From Zootoca vivipara (taxonomy: Eukaryota): a stretch of DNA of 64,000 nucleotides. The DNA lies in NCBI RefSeq assembly GCF_963506605.1, contig NC_083277.1, positions 29,202,001-29,266,000 on the forward strand, given 5' to 3'. Below are positions 11,113-24,466 of this stretch, in pieces. A model generated the notes under the pieces. It did not search any database. It saw only the letters and a list, made by a program, of their open reading frames with translations, and was not told where the DNA came from. Within the stretch, counting starts at the first letter, position 1. Every line of letters begins with the position of its first letter. The translations under genes were made by a program, and so were the position numbers.

Positions 11113-12082
11113 GACTCAAAAACCTGAAATAATGGAGGAAGAAAGGGAGAATAAAGTAGCTGTTGAAAGACTTGTACGTTAAGATATATCTTGTTTTAAA
11201 GCTTGCCGCAGCTGTAAACATTTGACCTTTCCCTTCATACAATTTGTGCTTTCATTAATGGTTCAAGCCACCAGTTTATGTTTATTTGTTGGTATAGCTA
11301 TATCATCAGTAAATTCTTTTTCTAAATATAGCAGCAAGCTTTTTCCTCCCTCTCAGATATATCTGCAGACATAGATATGCAAGCTCTAGAATTCGATTTC
11401 TTTAATTGCATCTGAACACTTCACTTAAAGCTTATAATACATTCTACACGGTACATTATGAACTATATTTTATATGTGTATATATATGAGCAACAGGATG
11501 CTTTGCCAGCTTGCTGTGGGAGAATGTTGTGGGCGATAGACTTGAAAAAAAGCACATACATACACAGATGCAAAGCATCACCTATCATCATCCACACCTT
11601 AGCCTAGGGCATTGCCCCCACCCTAGGGGCTCTCCTTTGGAAGGAACAATATCGGAGCCCTAGTGAAAGCCACCCTCTTAATCAGCCGTGAAAAGGAGAC
11701 ATGATTATCAGGAATGGATGACAACCCAAGCCAAACAACAACTATTTATTTTCAGGGTTGAGCTACGCTTACAGGGTAAATGAAGACATCTGAGAGCCAC
11801 TAGTGAATTCGAACATTTAAATATGAATAATGTGGGCAAATAAAACCAGTATCCAAGTTGTATTACTTGAGAAACAACTGATTAAGGGCTTTGTCCAGCA
11901 TCTGCAATACTACCCAGCACTAACTCCTGATTCAAAATAAAGGCAGAAAAAGCTTCCTAAGCACACACACAACCCCTTTTTAACATTATACTGGTGGCAT
12001 GGGAACTGATGCAGTGGAGTTCCTTCCCATGCAGTCTGAGTAACTTAAGAAACTCTGGACCACAAGGAATAGCACCTCTCTA

Positions 12083-12545
12083 TACCTTGCCGACAAAGGT
12101 CTGTATAGTTAAAGCTATGGTTTTCCCCAATAGTGATGTATGGAAGTGAGAGCTGGACCATAAAGAAGGCTGATCGCCGAAGAATTGATGCTTTTGAATT
12201 ATGGTGCTGGAGGAGACTCTTGAGAGTCCCATGGACTGCAAGAAGATCAAACCTCTCCATTCTGAAGGAAATCAGCCCTGAGTGCTCACTGGAAAGACAG
12301 ATCGTGAAGCTGAGGCTTCAATACTCTGGCCATCTCATAAGAGAAGAGAAGACCCCCTGGAAAAGACCATGATGCGGGGAAAGATTGAGGGCACAAGGAG
12401 AAGGGGACGACAGAGGACGAGGTGGCTGGACAGTGTTCTCAAAGCTAATAACATGAGTTTGACCAAACTGCGGGAGGCAGTGGAAGACAGGAGTGCCTGG
12501 CGTGCTCTGGTCCATGGGGTCACGACTAAATGACTAAACAACAAA
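12083..12545 (+). mobile_element. 5'-truncated BovB (RTE clade) LINE
   Basis: MYGSESWTIKKADRRRIDAFELWCWRRLLRVPWTARRSN and GKIEGTRRRGRQRTRWLD...WRALVHGVT with frameshifts, then a (CAA)n tail. Confidence 0.95.
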
Positions 12546-14866
12546 TAACAGCACTGCACTAGGTTCTGAAACGGGAGAGAATCACAGTAGTGGCCCCTCT
12601 TATATGGCCGCATTACTCCTGGAGCATGGAAGGGAACTATGCTGTAATAATCCTCTCATTACCAACAAAAAGGGCCTTGGCAGAAGTAGCCTAGCCCAAT
12701 CACTGAGAGACTAATGGTGCCATTTTTGTGTTTGAAGGGAATTTCAGCTCATTTCTTCGCAAAGCCACAAAACAGCATGAAGGAACATTAGAAAGCTATG
12801 GCACATTCAACTGGGCTAATAACAACTCTATGGAGAGAAGGCATACTTTTTATGAGTTAATTAAACAGCTTCTGAGGGATGCAAGAAGGGGAAATCCGCT
12901 CTTAACTGAAGGGAAAAGGGAGAAAATTAGGAATAACTGTTGTTCAATGAAGACATTACAGCGTAATTATGATCTAGAACAAAAAGTAGAAGTGATTCAG
13001 ATAGGATTAAACAGTTGCTAAAAATCTGGCTGATCGATGTATGAAACTATAGCACTTTTACAAGCTTCAGAAATTGAAGCCTTTTCCTAGATCTTAAAAC
13101 AGAGGTAAAGTATTTTGGGGTGGGGAGATCACACCTGGTAGAATGTTTTTGTTTTGTTTTTAATTGCCATACACCTTAAAGTTATAAGATCCCTCTGATG
13201 GTCTGACTCTTGGAGGACTATACTACTTTGGCTTCTTTTCCTACACCTAAAGCACCTTTGTCCATACAGAGCAATTCTACCTCCTATCCCTGTTTACCGG
13301 TATTTGTGTAGTTTCTTCAATCTCATTATTCCACCTTTCATCATTTTTAGTTGTTTTGTTAATACTGATTTATAGATTTTAATTGTTTTTCTGATGATTT
13401 GTCAATTATTCTGTATGATTCTTTGTTTGCAATGTTCTATTATGTTATTGTTATTTATTGTTTGCAAGTCACCTTGTGATTCAGTTCAATGAAAAGTGAC
13501 ATCAAAATTTAATACATCAAATCAATCAAATAATCAATCACATATACAATGTTACTGATCAGGATATGATGAACCCATCACTGGCTCAGAGAAATTGAGG
13601 ATGGGGTAGAGCGTCTGGTTTTAAAGCTGTTAAAACTTTTGATGGGGAAAAGGAGGAATACTTAAATTCTTTAAAATGATGATAAGAAAAGACATTCTGG
13701 ATGGCATATAAGATAGCAAGGGTAGTGGGAGGATTGATATTGTTCTTTATTAAGTTGCTTTTATTTGTGCATTTCAGCCATGAGCACACTGGCTATCAAA
13801 GAAAATATGGTCACTGTTAAGACTACTTCCCAGAGAATCATGTTCATTTCTCACATGGTTATCGCTTTTGAAATCTCGGTGTAATTTCATGAACATTAAT
13901 GCTCTCTCTCCAAGCCTGCTAAAGATTCTTATTATCAAATATGCAAAAGCTGGGCTGTCCATACAGATACAAGCAGTCTCTCTGAGCAACAGCACTGGTG
14001 TAAAATTTTTGTCAAAACAAAGCCCTTGACTTCTTACATTTGTGAAAGATTTCAAGCTAACAAATAAAATCAGTCTTTATTTCAGGGCAGTTAATTAAGG
14101 TTGACCAAGTCAGGCAGAAGTAAATTAACTTAGGTGATCAATTATTTATATGAAGCAGAATAAATGCCCTTAAAGAACTTGGCCCAGTCGTTTAAGGATG
14201 TGTAAATTAAACTAAACAGATTTATGTAATATATTTCTATTTCAGCCATTGCTAAAAACGGTTTAAAGCAAGTGATTAAATGGCAAGACCTAGTCACAGA
14301 GCCTCAGCTTGTGGTAAGCACACAGTTAAGGCAAAACAACACCTATCCATTTTCTCCACTGCGATAAAACTTGTTAGTAGTCTAGCTTCCGTTTTAAAAA
14401 TATGTATCACATTTTGTTAAACATGTGAGGTGAACACAGCTTCAACAATCACCATCTATGTTTTTTTGTCAGGTATACCTCTCTGTGCTTAGCTGGAATA
14501 AGTTGTAGAGACAACTACAGGTACATGGCCAAAGTTAGTTCATGAAGGATTGTTGCAGGCCCACCATGTCTCTATCGTGGCTCTGAAGAGCCTTGTAACA
14601 ATCACCAACCTCCTCACTGGTAACTTCAATAGGAAAAAAGAAACTTTCAGAAACCAACAGGTTGTACTGCCTACACATTTCCTCCCAGGAAAGACAATAC
14701 ACTAATATCGGGCTTCAACCTTCAGTGACAAAATATGATGGTGTCAGCAAGTGAATAAGGAAAAAGTGAAATGCCTTGGCTATTTGTTCTGTGCTGTTGT
14801 GCTCCATCCTATATTGCCTCCATCAGCCACTCAAGGTGGTGCCCAGTGATGTGTGATGATATATGC

Positions 14867-15002
14867 CAGGCATAGGCAAACCCCGGCCCTCCAGATGTTT
14901 GGGACTACAATTCCCATCACCCCTAGCTAACAAGACCAATGGTCAGGGATGATGGGAATTGTAGTCCCAAACATCTGGAGGGCCAGAGTTTGCCTATGCC
15001 TG
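14867..15002. mobile_element. Palindromic hAT-type MITE
   Basis: CAGGCATAGGCAAAC...GTTTGCCTATGCCTG, with ~55-bp near-perfect inverted arms. Confidence 0.85.
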
Positions 15003-15022
15003 ATGTGTGTTGAATTTAACAG

Positions 15023-15290
15023 TGTTGTTGTTGTTGTTGTTGTTGACCATATTAAAATGCAATATTAAAAACAATGAAAAAACTTACAATTACAAAGAAT
15101 ACAACCCCCCAAAATAGGGTGGTGCGAAAAATACACAACGCATGTGTCAAACATAAGGAGATCTGTATGGAAAGAAGCAATCCTTCAGATATTTGGTGCC
15201 TGAATCTTTTAGGGCTTTAAACACCAACATTAGCACCTTCAATTGGGCCTGGAAATGGACAAGCAACCAGCCAGATGAGCTGGCAGCCAC
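15023..15290 (-). mobile_element. L2 fragment(s) preceded by (GTT)n
   Basis: TTTAGGGCTTTAAACACCAACATTAGCACCTTCAATTGGGCCTGGAAA matches the L2 copy at 40450-40497. Confidence 0.6.
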
Positions 15291-15547
15291 AATTTAAACA
15301 CGGTGTTTAACTGTTAATTCAATGAAGACTGGTTAAGCATCCATTGATGCTCCCGTGCCAGAATTTGTCTGTATCCTTCCTAGGATACAGCTGTTGCACG
15401 TGAGTGTGGATAGGGTCATATTTGTCCCGTTTCTGGAGCAACATGTTGTAGGCTTTTTTATGCCATTGACATTAAATCAATTATTTCCTGGGAAGTTGAA
15501 CAGGGCCTAGTAACTTTGCCAAGCCACAGGTAGAAAACCACAGCCCG

Positions 15548-16056
15548 GAAACCAAGCCTTATGAGGAATGGTCGAAGGAGCTGGGTATGTTTAGCCTGGA
15601 TAAAAGAGAGTGAGAGGAGATAGGATAGGGGGTATTGTTTTGTTGTTTTTGTTTTAACTATTTACTTGTGTTTTCACCTCATATTTTATCCTGTGAACCA
15701 CCCTGAGATGTTGTGGTGAATGGTGGTATATAAATCTAATAAATAAATAAATAAATGAGAGCCATCTTCAAATATCTAAAGGGCTGCCACGTGGAAGATG
15801 AAGCAAGCTTTTTTTTCCCCTGCTCCAGAGGGTAGGACCTGAACCAATGGCTTCAAGTTACAAAAAACATTTGGGGATTTCGACTAAACATTTGGGGAGG
15901 CAACTTTCTGACAGAGCTGTTCGGCACTGAAATGGACTCTCTCAGGAGGTTGTGGGCGGTCATCTGTCATGGATGCTTTAGTTGACATTCCTGCATTGCA
16001 GGGGTTGAAATGGATGACCCTCTGGGTCCCTTCCAACTTGACAATTCTATGATTCT
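15548..16056 (+). mobile_element. CR1 LINE 3' end interrupted by a short (TAAA)n-tailed retroelement fragment (~15630-15755)
   Basis: GAGCTGGGTATGTTTAGCCTGGA...AGCCATCTTCAAATATCTAAAGGGCTG, ending in the CR1 tail ATTCTATGATTCT. Confidence 0.85.
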
Positions 16057-17109
16057 TTGAACATTTACTATAACTGCCTGGGCAAGATGACCTCTGAAGT
16101 ACCATTCTGTTCATAGAATCATACCATTAAATGAAATCTTTTGCATTTTAAAACCAGTTTTGAAATGAGAGTGAATCAGTTGGAAGAGCTTTTGTATAAG
16201 GAAACACATAATATCACAAGGTAAATACTATGTTTATACTTATTTGGAGAAAGACACATGGAAGCCTTCTTAAAGTCCTCTGCAGAACAACTGGATATAA
16301 TGATAAAGAAATGTTTCTAAAGCTATTAGAAAAGCACAATAAAAGTTCAACAGCCCAAAGCAGAGAGTAGGATAAGTGCCACACACTTCATCAGATCAGA
16401 AGCATCTGATGAAATAAGCTCTTGCTAATGCAGTTATAAATTTGTTAGTTTTTAAGATGCCAGGGGACTTGTTGTTTCCCCCTTTTTCTGAAAGAAAAAC
16501 GTATTTCACATTTATCCTTGTATAGAACTAGCAAGATGCCAACAGCCCAGCGCTTAGTAATTTTCTATGCATTAGCCAGGAAAATGTCAAAATACTGCTC
16601 TCCTACATTATATGCACCCTTGCAGACACCCATGTCTGTGTGGCACCCCCCAAACCACACACACACACACACTTCTTTTTTGGCATGGTTGCTCAGTCTG
16701 TGAAGTTGACTGGCCAAGCAATGTTTTGATAAGTTTTCCTCAACAAGAATCCAAGCAGGTAAAACTCAGTATCACAAACCTTTTAAAATATTGAAAGTTT
16801 TGTTCAGTACACAGTTACAAATACATGAACCAGTATGATGCTCAACCAGGTTTTGATGCTTTTTGAAACTACTATTTTTTGGTTTTAGCATGGTGAGTGG
16901 TTTTTGTTGGGGTTTTTTAAGTAGGGAATGACTGAGAAATGTGAAAAACTAAAATGACAAAGTTAAGTAATACAAAGAAAAGCCTTTGCTGGTGGTTGCT
17001 TGTTAATTTTTGTTTTTAGTGTCTCAAACACAGAGACTTTGAGACATCAATGGCTGGAGGTCATAGAATAAAGGATAAAGGCTGACAATACCACTTTATA
17101 GTATAAAAC

Positions 17110-17159
<50 letters not shown>
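17110..17159. repeat. (AAT)n microsatellite
   Basis: About 16 perfect units. Confidence 0.97.
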
Positions 17160-17407
17160 GGACCTTGTTACATGAGACATCACAAAGCCAAGAATAATGC
17201 ATATTTGCTGGTATGCAAGGACCCTCCTCCTGTGCAGAATTTTCATAATTATAACAGAAAGGCGTAAATTTTCTAATGCATGGCAGCTCAAAAAGTAATC
17301 AAGAGAATGAGCCTGAGGGCTATTTTAATGTATGCAAAGCTAGTGACCCACAGTAAATGGGAGGTAGGCTTCAATGAATGCAAAGTAATGCACACATACT
17401 AAAGACC

Positions 17408-17547
17408 NNNNNNNNNNNNNNNNNNNNNNNNNNNNNNNNNNNNNNNNNNNNNNNNNNNNNNNNNNNNNNNNNNNNNNNNNNNNNNNNNNNNNNNNNNNNN
17501 NNNNNNNNNNNNNNNNNNNNNNNNNNNNNNNNNNNNNNNNNNNNNNN
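17408..17547. other. Assembly gap
   Basis: N run. Confidence 1.
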
Positions 17548-18960
17548 ATCCATCATAAATATCAAAAAAGATAGCACTGTAACACCATAAATTATGCATA
17601 TTACCTGTTGTTAAAAATGATTAATGTATTATCAACTTTATCACACACTGTCTATGTCTAGACATATCCGAAATCTGAAATTTCATTTAGTACTTAGGGG
17701 GAAAGGGGCTCCGGAACGGATGGAATTATCAACAGCACATTTCGAGGCTGGCCCTGTGACACAAAGGTAGCTGCTTCTCATGCTGTCATTTGGGAGTTCC
17801 AGGGTTAGAATTGGACTCATCCCAAGCTTTGGGTCACTGGAGGTTGAACATATTGAAGAGGTGATGTTCACTTCCCAGGGGAACTGAAACAAATCACAAT
17901 GCACTAAGAGCATCCTTTAGTAGCTGACCCACAGACTGGCACTGGCATCTGCTTAGCAAGGGGCTAGTCACCTCCTGTGCCCTCGTGGCTGTAGGGAAAG
18001 CAGTGCTCAGTGATGTAGAGAGGTGGAGAATAAAAGGTTAAAACCAAGAACTTTGAAGGAAACCGAGATGAGACGGAAATCTAATATAATTCAGCCTGTA
18101 AGAGAGTCAAGTGTATCACCTTGACCAATTGCAGTAGACATTTCCTTGCGCTCACACAGCTCCTGCAATTTCTCCCAATTGATCCAAAACATATAATTCT
18201 TGTAAGAAGCTTTCATTTGAAATAACACTTGCCCCCAAATCTCCTTACTACTAGCTTCAGCGGCTGCCCTCTATCCAACAACGCTTGCCTGGCACTTAAT
18301 TACATATAATAGCACACCATCCCTTTTCTCATGTCTTTATGACCCAAATGGCAATGGGTGTCAACAGTATGGCTCTGGGATCTCTAAAGCTGCTGAGGGA
18401 TTGATACTCAAACCCAATAAAATATAAGAGAGTTAATGGCTAAATCTCTGATGAACTTGAAACATAAGGCAACTAGCGTCCTTGAGAAGAAATTCAGGAG
18501 TCAGTACCCTGAGTTCTACAGCTATGTAAATATTTTGTGTAGTCTTCAGCAAGCTATTTTATAATGGGAAGTCCAATCCTAATAGTGCCGCTTTAACAAA
18601 CAGGGCATCGGAATCACAGACTTGCCCAGTTCTGCCACATTTGCAAGTGAAAGTCTCCCTAATGGACAAGGCAGAGCAAAAAAAGGACATTCTAAAACAA
18701 AGCTATTGGCTATAAGAGGCATTCTTTGGGGCTATCTAGAAACTGGTGTTGCGATATCTGAATACCAAGATGTCAGCCTTTCAGAGAAAGGGAAAGATTT
18801 GCAGGAACTGCCCCCCTTCGTGATGTGTGTTCACACAAACTGTTATCACTGGGGTGGGGAGATGGAGACAAGGATAAACATCCTTCTCCATCAGGTGAAG
18901 ATAGGGCCATCCAATCCAAACATATGAATTAGGATTTAGAACACTCACCAAAAACAAATA

Positions 18961-19144
18961 CAGTGTTACCTCAGTTCTCAAACGTCTCTGTTGGCGAACA
19001 TTTTGGAACCCATCAAAAACCCAGAAGTAAACGCTTCCGTTTTTGAATGCGCCTTGGAAGCCGAAGGCTTCCGCTGCGTTCCGTCCCCCCAATTTTCTCA
19101 ATTGATTTTGCAGACCACCCTTTGCGCCTCGGTTTTCGAACGTT
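18961..19144. mobile_element. Truncated Tigger-like MITE
   Basis: Begins TA|CAGTGTTACCTC with a CpG-rich interior. The right TIR was not found. Confidence 0.6.
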
Positions 19145-19864
19145 ATGAAGGTTATGATGAAATGCAGTTGTAAACATGCACTTCTAGTTTAGCTTGCCTG
19201 CCATGCTGCATATAAAGGGCAGACGGGAAGAAAATGAAGAAGAACTCTGAAGGGTATGCATCAAGCGCAGCACAGGTTCTACTCTCAAGGACTTTCTGTA
19301 AGACAGAAATAAAGGTGGTATAGGTGATAGTGGGGGAGATGTATAGCATTCCCTAAACATGCAGTAGTTTTGTGACTGTTGATATATGGCCATGTCAGTG
19401 TTAACCATAGTACTGTCAAGGCTTCCATGTATTGCATCCATCCAGATAGGACTCCACAGAGCTGGGGGCAAGGGTAAGATCAGCATTCAGCTTTTTGTGG
19501 CATCTGTGTGGATATTTAGCATATAATCCAACCGTCCACCACAGAAGTTGAATCCAGAGCTTAGTTATTTTCATGAGATCACAACACATAAGTCGTTTTT
19601 CATAGCAACCAATACGATGGCAAGACTCTAATGCTCTCAGTCCCTTTTTCTATAAAGTTTAGTTCACAACAGCAAATGTAGAAACATAATTGATAAGCAG
19701 GTTTCTTTGTTCCTACCATTTATCTTCCCAGGCAATGCCCCCGTACCTTATCAGCTGTTTCATGGTCAAAAATACTACCATTATGTGTTTCCCTAATGCG
19801 GGGGGGCTGGGGAAAACTTTGCCTTTTCACTGCTGCCTGTTGTACAACTGTTGAAAACACAAGG

Positions 19865-20185
19865 GCTGTGCCAGAAAAAGGGGGACAATCCCTGTTGACT
19901 TGGGAAATATTTCAGTACACTCGTACCTTGGTTCGTGAATGTCTCCAAAGCACAACTTGAAAGGAAATGGTAAAACCCCATCAATGATGACTTTTTAATC
20001 AAAACACAGGAGCTGTGCCAGAAAAAGAAGACAATCCTAATTTCATCCTATTAAACCAAACTCTCATTGACTTGGGAAATATTTCAGTACACTCGTACCT
20101 TGGTTCGTGAATGCTTTGCAACTCCAAAGCACAACTTGAAAGGAAATGGTAAAACCCCATCATGATGACCTTTTAATCAATACAA
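19865..20185. repeat. Imperfect tandem duplication (~145/175 bp)
   Basis: GCTGTGCCAGAAAAAG...CAGTACACTCGTACCTTGGTTCGTGAATG...TTTTAATCAA occurs twice. Copy 2 has two extra segments. Confidence 0.92.
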
Positions 20186-20426
20186 AACCTGAAATATGTC
20201 TAAGCAATTGACATATGTCAATTGAAATATGTCTTAAGCAATTGACATACCAAATTAACAAACTAGCCATCTGTTCAATACCACCTCCTATCCACCCACT
20301 CATTAGTCCACACCTTCACCATCTTCACTAAGCAAACAAGCAAAGTTACTGGTGTTCTCCTGTCCGCCCTTCCCTGCCTCCTCCTAATGACTTGCTAGAC
20401 TAATCATTAATTGCTATACTAATTAT

Positions 20427-20712
20427 TAATCAGGTATAGCACTAGAATGGAAAATGTTTCTTTCTGGATAGAAATGCAGTTTCTGAAAGGGCTGGTCCCA
20501 CCACAATCCTAATAAAGAGTAGTGGGGATATTTCCACCACCAGCCCCTCCAGATGTCAACACACGCTCTAATCAGGTATAGCACTAGAATGGAAAATGTT
20601 TCTTTCTGGATAGAAATGCAGTTTCTGAAAGGGCTGGTCCCACCACAATCCTAATAAAGAGTAGTGGGGATATTTCCACCACCAGCCCCTCCAGATGTCA
20701 ACACACGCTCTA
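20427..20712. repeat. Perfect 142-bp tandem duplication
   Basis: 20427-20568 reads identically to 20569-20710. Confidence 0.95.
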
Positions 20713-20913
20713 TTGCTGCAGGATTTCTCCTACTTTTTATGTTGGAGAAACTGTTCAGAACCTTTGCAAGTGTGACTCCATGCATTACAGCTTTGGGGTG
20801 CGCATTTACAATGTTTTAAGTGTTTTTCTAAGTACGGTGTGTAAAATGTGAATGTGGCAAAGGCCTGCTTGCTAACATAAAGACACACACGTGAAGGAGG
20901 TGGGACTGGCTGC

Positions 20914-21600
20914 AAAAAAAAAAAAATGTCTGTAGGTGACTGTGGAGGCCAATTCTGGATCTGCAGATCCTTCTAAAGTGGGGACACAGGTTTCCAAATG
21001 GAGTGCTCACGCTTCCCAGTTGTCAGTGTTTGTACTACATTTTTTAAAAGATCTGCCTTGAGAGTGTTTTTAAACCTCTTTTGTTGTGCACTCACTCGTG
21101 GGATCATTACCTTGTCATGGTGAGTGGGCATGCGCATTCCTATGATCCTTGTGAGCAAAGCCACCAGGAGTCACATACTCCCAGTAGGGTCACACAAGGC
21201 GGTAAAGTCAAAGGGGAGGAGCTAGACAAAGAATGATGCTAGAAGTCCTCAATAGCAGAATAAGCGGAAGATAATAGAATAGAATAGAAATTTATTCACC
21301 AAGTACTTACATACTTGGAATTTGCTTTGGCTAATTTTACAATGTAAACGTACTTCATACAAAATATCTGTTAAATATCTGTGTGAGGATCGGAGTGTGC
21401 AGAACACCATTTCAAGCAAAGAGGAGCCACTCCGACTCCTCCTTGTATGTTACAACAGCTGTTATGAAGGCTGCAACAGATAAGAATCTACGGCTTGGGT
21501 CATTGTGATACTCATGCCATCAGAATAGAGCCTTACTGCAAAGACTGTGTTGATCAGCATCCAATGATCTCCACACATAAAACAAATTCATGCACAAGTG
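20914..21600. mobile_element. Rearranged RTE-clade LINE: 3' ORF end on minus (~20925-21088) abutting a 5'UTR-like segment on plus (~21090-21600), with a short (AATAG)n-tailed insert at ~21272-21365
   Basis: Minus strand gives QQKRFKNTLKADL and CPHFRRICRSRIGLHSHLQT (RTE C-terminus). Plus-strand GGATCATTACCTTGTCATGGTGAGTGGGCATGCG...AGGGTCACACAAGGCGG resembles RTE/BovB 5' ends. Confidence 0.65.
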
Positions 21601-21639
21601 TCTCTCCCTAGCTTCTCTTTATCTATTTTCTCAACACCA

Positions 21640-23170
21640 TGTCTAATTCGATAACCTCTATCATGTCCCTCCTTACTCATCTGTTTTCTAAACTAAAAAG
21701 CTGCAAATGTTATAACCTTTCCTCATAGGGGTGTTGCCTCAACTCCTTGATGATTTTGGCTGACCTTTCCTGAATATTTTCCCGCTCTACAATATCCTTT
21801 TTTTTTGAGGTGAGGAGATCAGACCTGTATTCTAAGTATTATCACAACACAGATTTGCATAACAGTATTATTATGTTAGTAGCCTTATTTTGAAATCTCT
21901 TTCCTAATGATCTGCAACACAGAACTTGTGTTTTTCAAAACTGCAACACATTGGGTTGAAATTTTCATCAAGCTATCCTCTACAACCCCAATGTCTCATT
22001 CCTGGTCAGTAACCGCTTGAGACCTATTGGTATATATGTGAAATTAGGATTTTTTGCCCCCAATCACCACTTTACACTTGCTTACAGTCAATTGCATTTG
22101 CCATTTGAATGCCCATTCACACAGTTGGAGAATTCATTTTGGAGCTTTTTGCAATCACTTTTTCATTTAATCACCTTGGAGAATTTGGTATCACCAGCAA
22201 ACTTGGCTGTATCAGCCTTAACTCATAGTCATTTAGAAGCAAGATGAAGAGCAAATGTTCCAGTACTGATCCTTGGTCAATCTTACTCCTCCATTATGAG
22301 AACTGCCAATTTATTCCGACTCTCTACTTCCTATTCTTTAACCAGGACCCGCCCTCTTATTCCATGACTGCTAAGCTTACTCAAACACATTTTCAAAGTC
22401 TTAGTATACCAGATGAATGACCTTTATCTCTATACTTGTTGACACTCTCAAAGATCTCTGAAAAATTAGTGAGACAGGACTGACCCTTGGAGAACCCATG
22501 CTGCTCCCACTTCCACAAGATCTGGGCTTTTATATACTTGGTAATTCTGACTTTCCTAACTAGCCTGGAATGTATGGGTCCCCTCTAGATGTCTAAGGAA
22601 AAAGGAAAAAAGAATAGAGTTATGTTAGCCATTTTCCACACCTCACCTGTGGAAGCTGATATGGAATAAGCAATCAGCAACTGCACATTTTAGTTCATTA
22701 AGACCTTTCAGATGGAAGCCGGCCAGACCCAGAAATTTGTCAAATTTAAATTTGTCAATAAGGCCTTGAATAGTAGTTCCCAAACTTTCCTCTGACCCTA
22801 GAAAATTGCTGAGTGTCTTAGTGAACCATGTAATAAATTTTGTACTGATTGTACTGTGCTGTGCTAGATGATATTTAATTGTATTTTTAGAGGCACATTA
22901 TGGACCCACTGAATGAAGTTTGGAGACCACTGGTGGTCCGTGGCCATGGAAGTATTGTCTCTTGTAACCATTATCTTCCTAAATCCCTCAGACTCCCATC
23001 CTGGTCTCACATCTTCTGCTTTGAAGAAGATGCAAATAATTAATTTTGCTTCTCTGCAATCTCCTTTTACTCCTTTAGCACACTTTTTGATAAGGTCCAA
23101 CCACCTCCATAGCTGGTCTCCTGCTGCTAATGTATTTAAATATTTTGTTGTTGTTTTTAGCAACCTTTTC
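21640..23170 (-). mobile_element. Old CR1 LINE ORF2 fragments with a nested hAT-like MITE (~22775-22945)
   Basis: Degenerate CR1 RT motifs: AAATTTGGTATCACCAGCAAACTT (KFADDT-like), TTCCAGTACTGATCCTTG (QGSVLG-like), GGCCAGACCCAG (SPGPDG-like). Confidence 0.75.
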
Positions 23171-24466
23171 CTGAAAATATTTTTTCTTTCCTTATTAACC
23201 AAAGATTTGTCATGCCATTGACAAGAAAATGATTTTAAAACACCAGTAACTGTATGCTACAGATATTTACTCAGAAATACATCTTTTTGTGTTCAGTAGA
23301 GCTTACTCCAAAGAAAGTACAGTATGCATACGATTGCAGTCTTAAGTAGGGTCTGCAGGATAATAATAATAATCATCATCTCTGTGGTTAAGCAGTGCTT
23401 TGTTAAGCTACAACACCATAAAGTTTTGTTTCTTATTCAATTTTCCCCCATTGTCTGCCCCAGAGAGAAGGACTGATTCATCATAGCTATGCTAGTCAAT
23501 TAATGACTGCCTGGTTAGGCCACACCACTTCAAATGCCAATTCACCTCAAGCCCCATGAACGCTCTAGCAATCAAAACGAACAATATGTTTCAGATCATT
23601 ATAGCGACTTAGTGAGTACCATCTATCAGGATTTTGCAAACCTTTTCTTGTCGGCTTGCCTGGATGACTAACAGGTCAATCATTTAATCTGATCCTTTAA
23701 AAACTCCTTATGCACTTATATTTTGTTTTCGTATAAATTTAATGGGCAGTTCTCCCCTACAAAGTTACAAGCCTATGCATTAAACATAAAAAGCTAACAT
23801 TAACTTTTCTCTAAATGTGCTCACTCTTCTATTTCCTTAGGATTCGGAGTTTATTGCTAACAGGTTGTATCTGATATTCGAATTATGTATAGTGCTTTCT
23901 GCCCTGTGACTCCACAACCACTGTTCATTTTTAAGTAGGACTGTGTAAAGTCCTGCTGACCCACTGAAATCAATAAAGCATACAATGTTTTGCTACTTGG
24001 TATAAGATACCCTTAAACAACAATGGAGGAGAGGAGAAATGGGAGGGGAGACAACAAGTTCTTTGCAAAACAGCAACTACTAGCACCACTTTATTTCATT
24101 AGAGCTCCTAGCACATAAGAAGAAATACAACAATGCAAAACATCTGAAGATGTAAATACACTTTCAAACATAAGACTATTTCATACTAATACATGGCAAG
24201 CAAACACACAAAATGATGAAAACACACCAAGAAGTCATATGTTAGCATATTAATTGGTTTGTTTATACATTGTCTGCCATCCTTACAAGAGTTTACATCA
24301 GCTCTGCTCTGAAACAAGTTTTAAAAAATTCCTTTCCTAACTTCGTGGCTGACATAAGCACCAACATACTGTTAAAAGAAACATGCACACACACATACAC
24401 ACACAAATCCCACAAACAGAAAATCACTATATATCATTAAGAAGAAGGTTCTTTTTTTGTGATTAC

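Noticed and set aside
16380-16470. CTGATGA-containing short palindrome resembling an older Penelope hammerhead
   Set aside because: Stem II and the GAAA half of the core are missing or degraded; not a credible ribozyme.
17600-18150. Possible conserved non-coding element (unique, slightly GC-rich, donor-like CAG|GTAATA near 17604)
   Set aside because: Conservation cannot be shown without alignments, and there is no distinctive motif cluster.
19865-20712. CRISPR-like array, or tandem box C/D snoRNAs (ATGATGA occurs in both copies)
   Set aside because: Only two-copy duplications with no spacer structure in a vertebrate intron; no matching D box or terminal stem.
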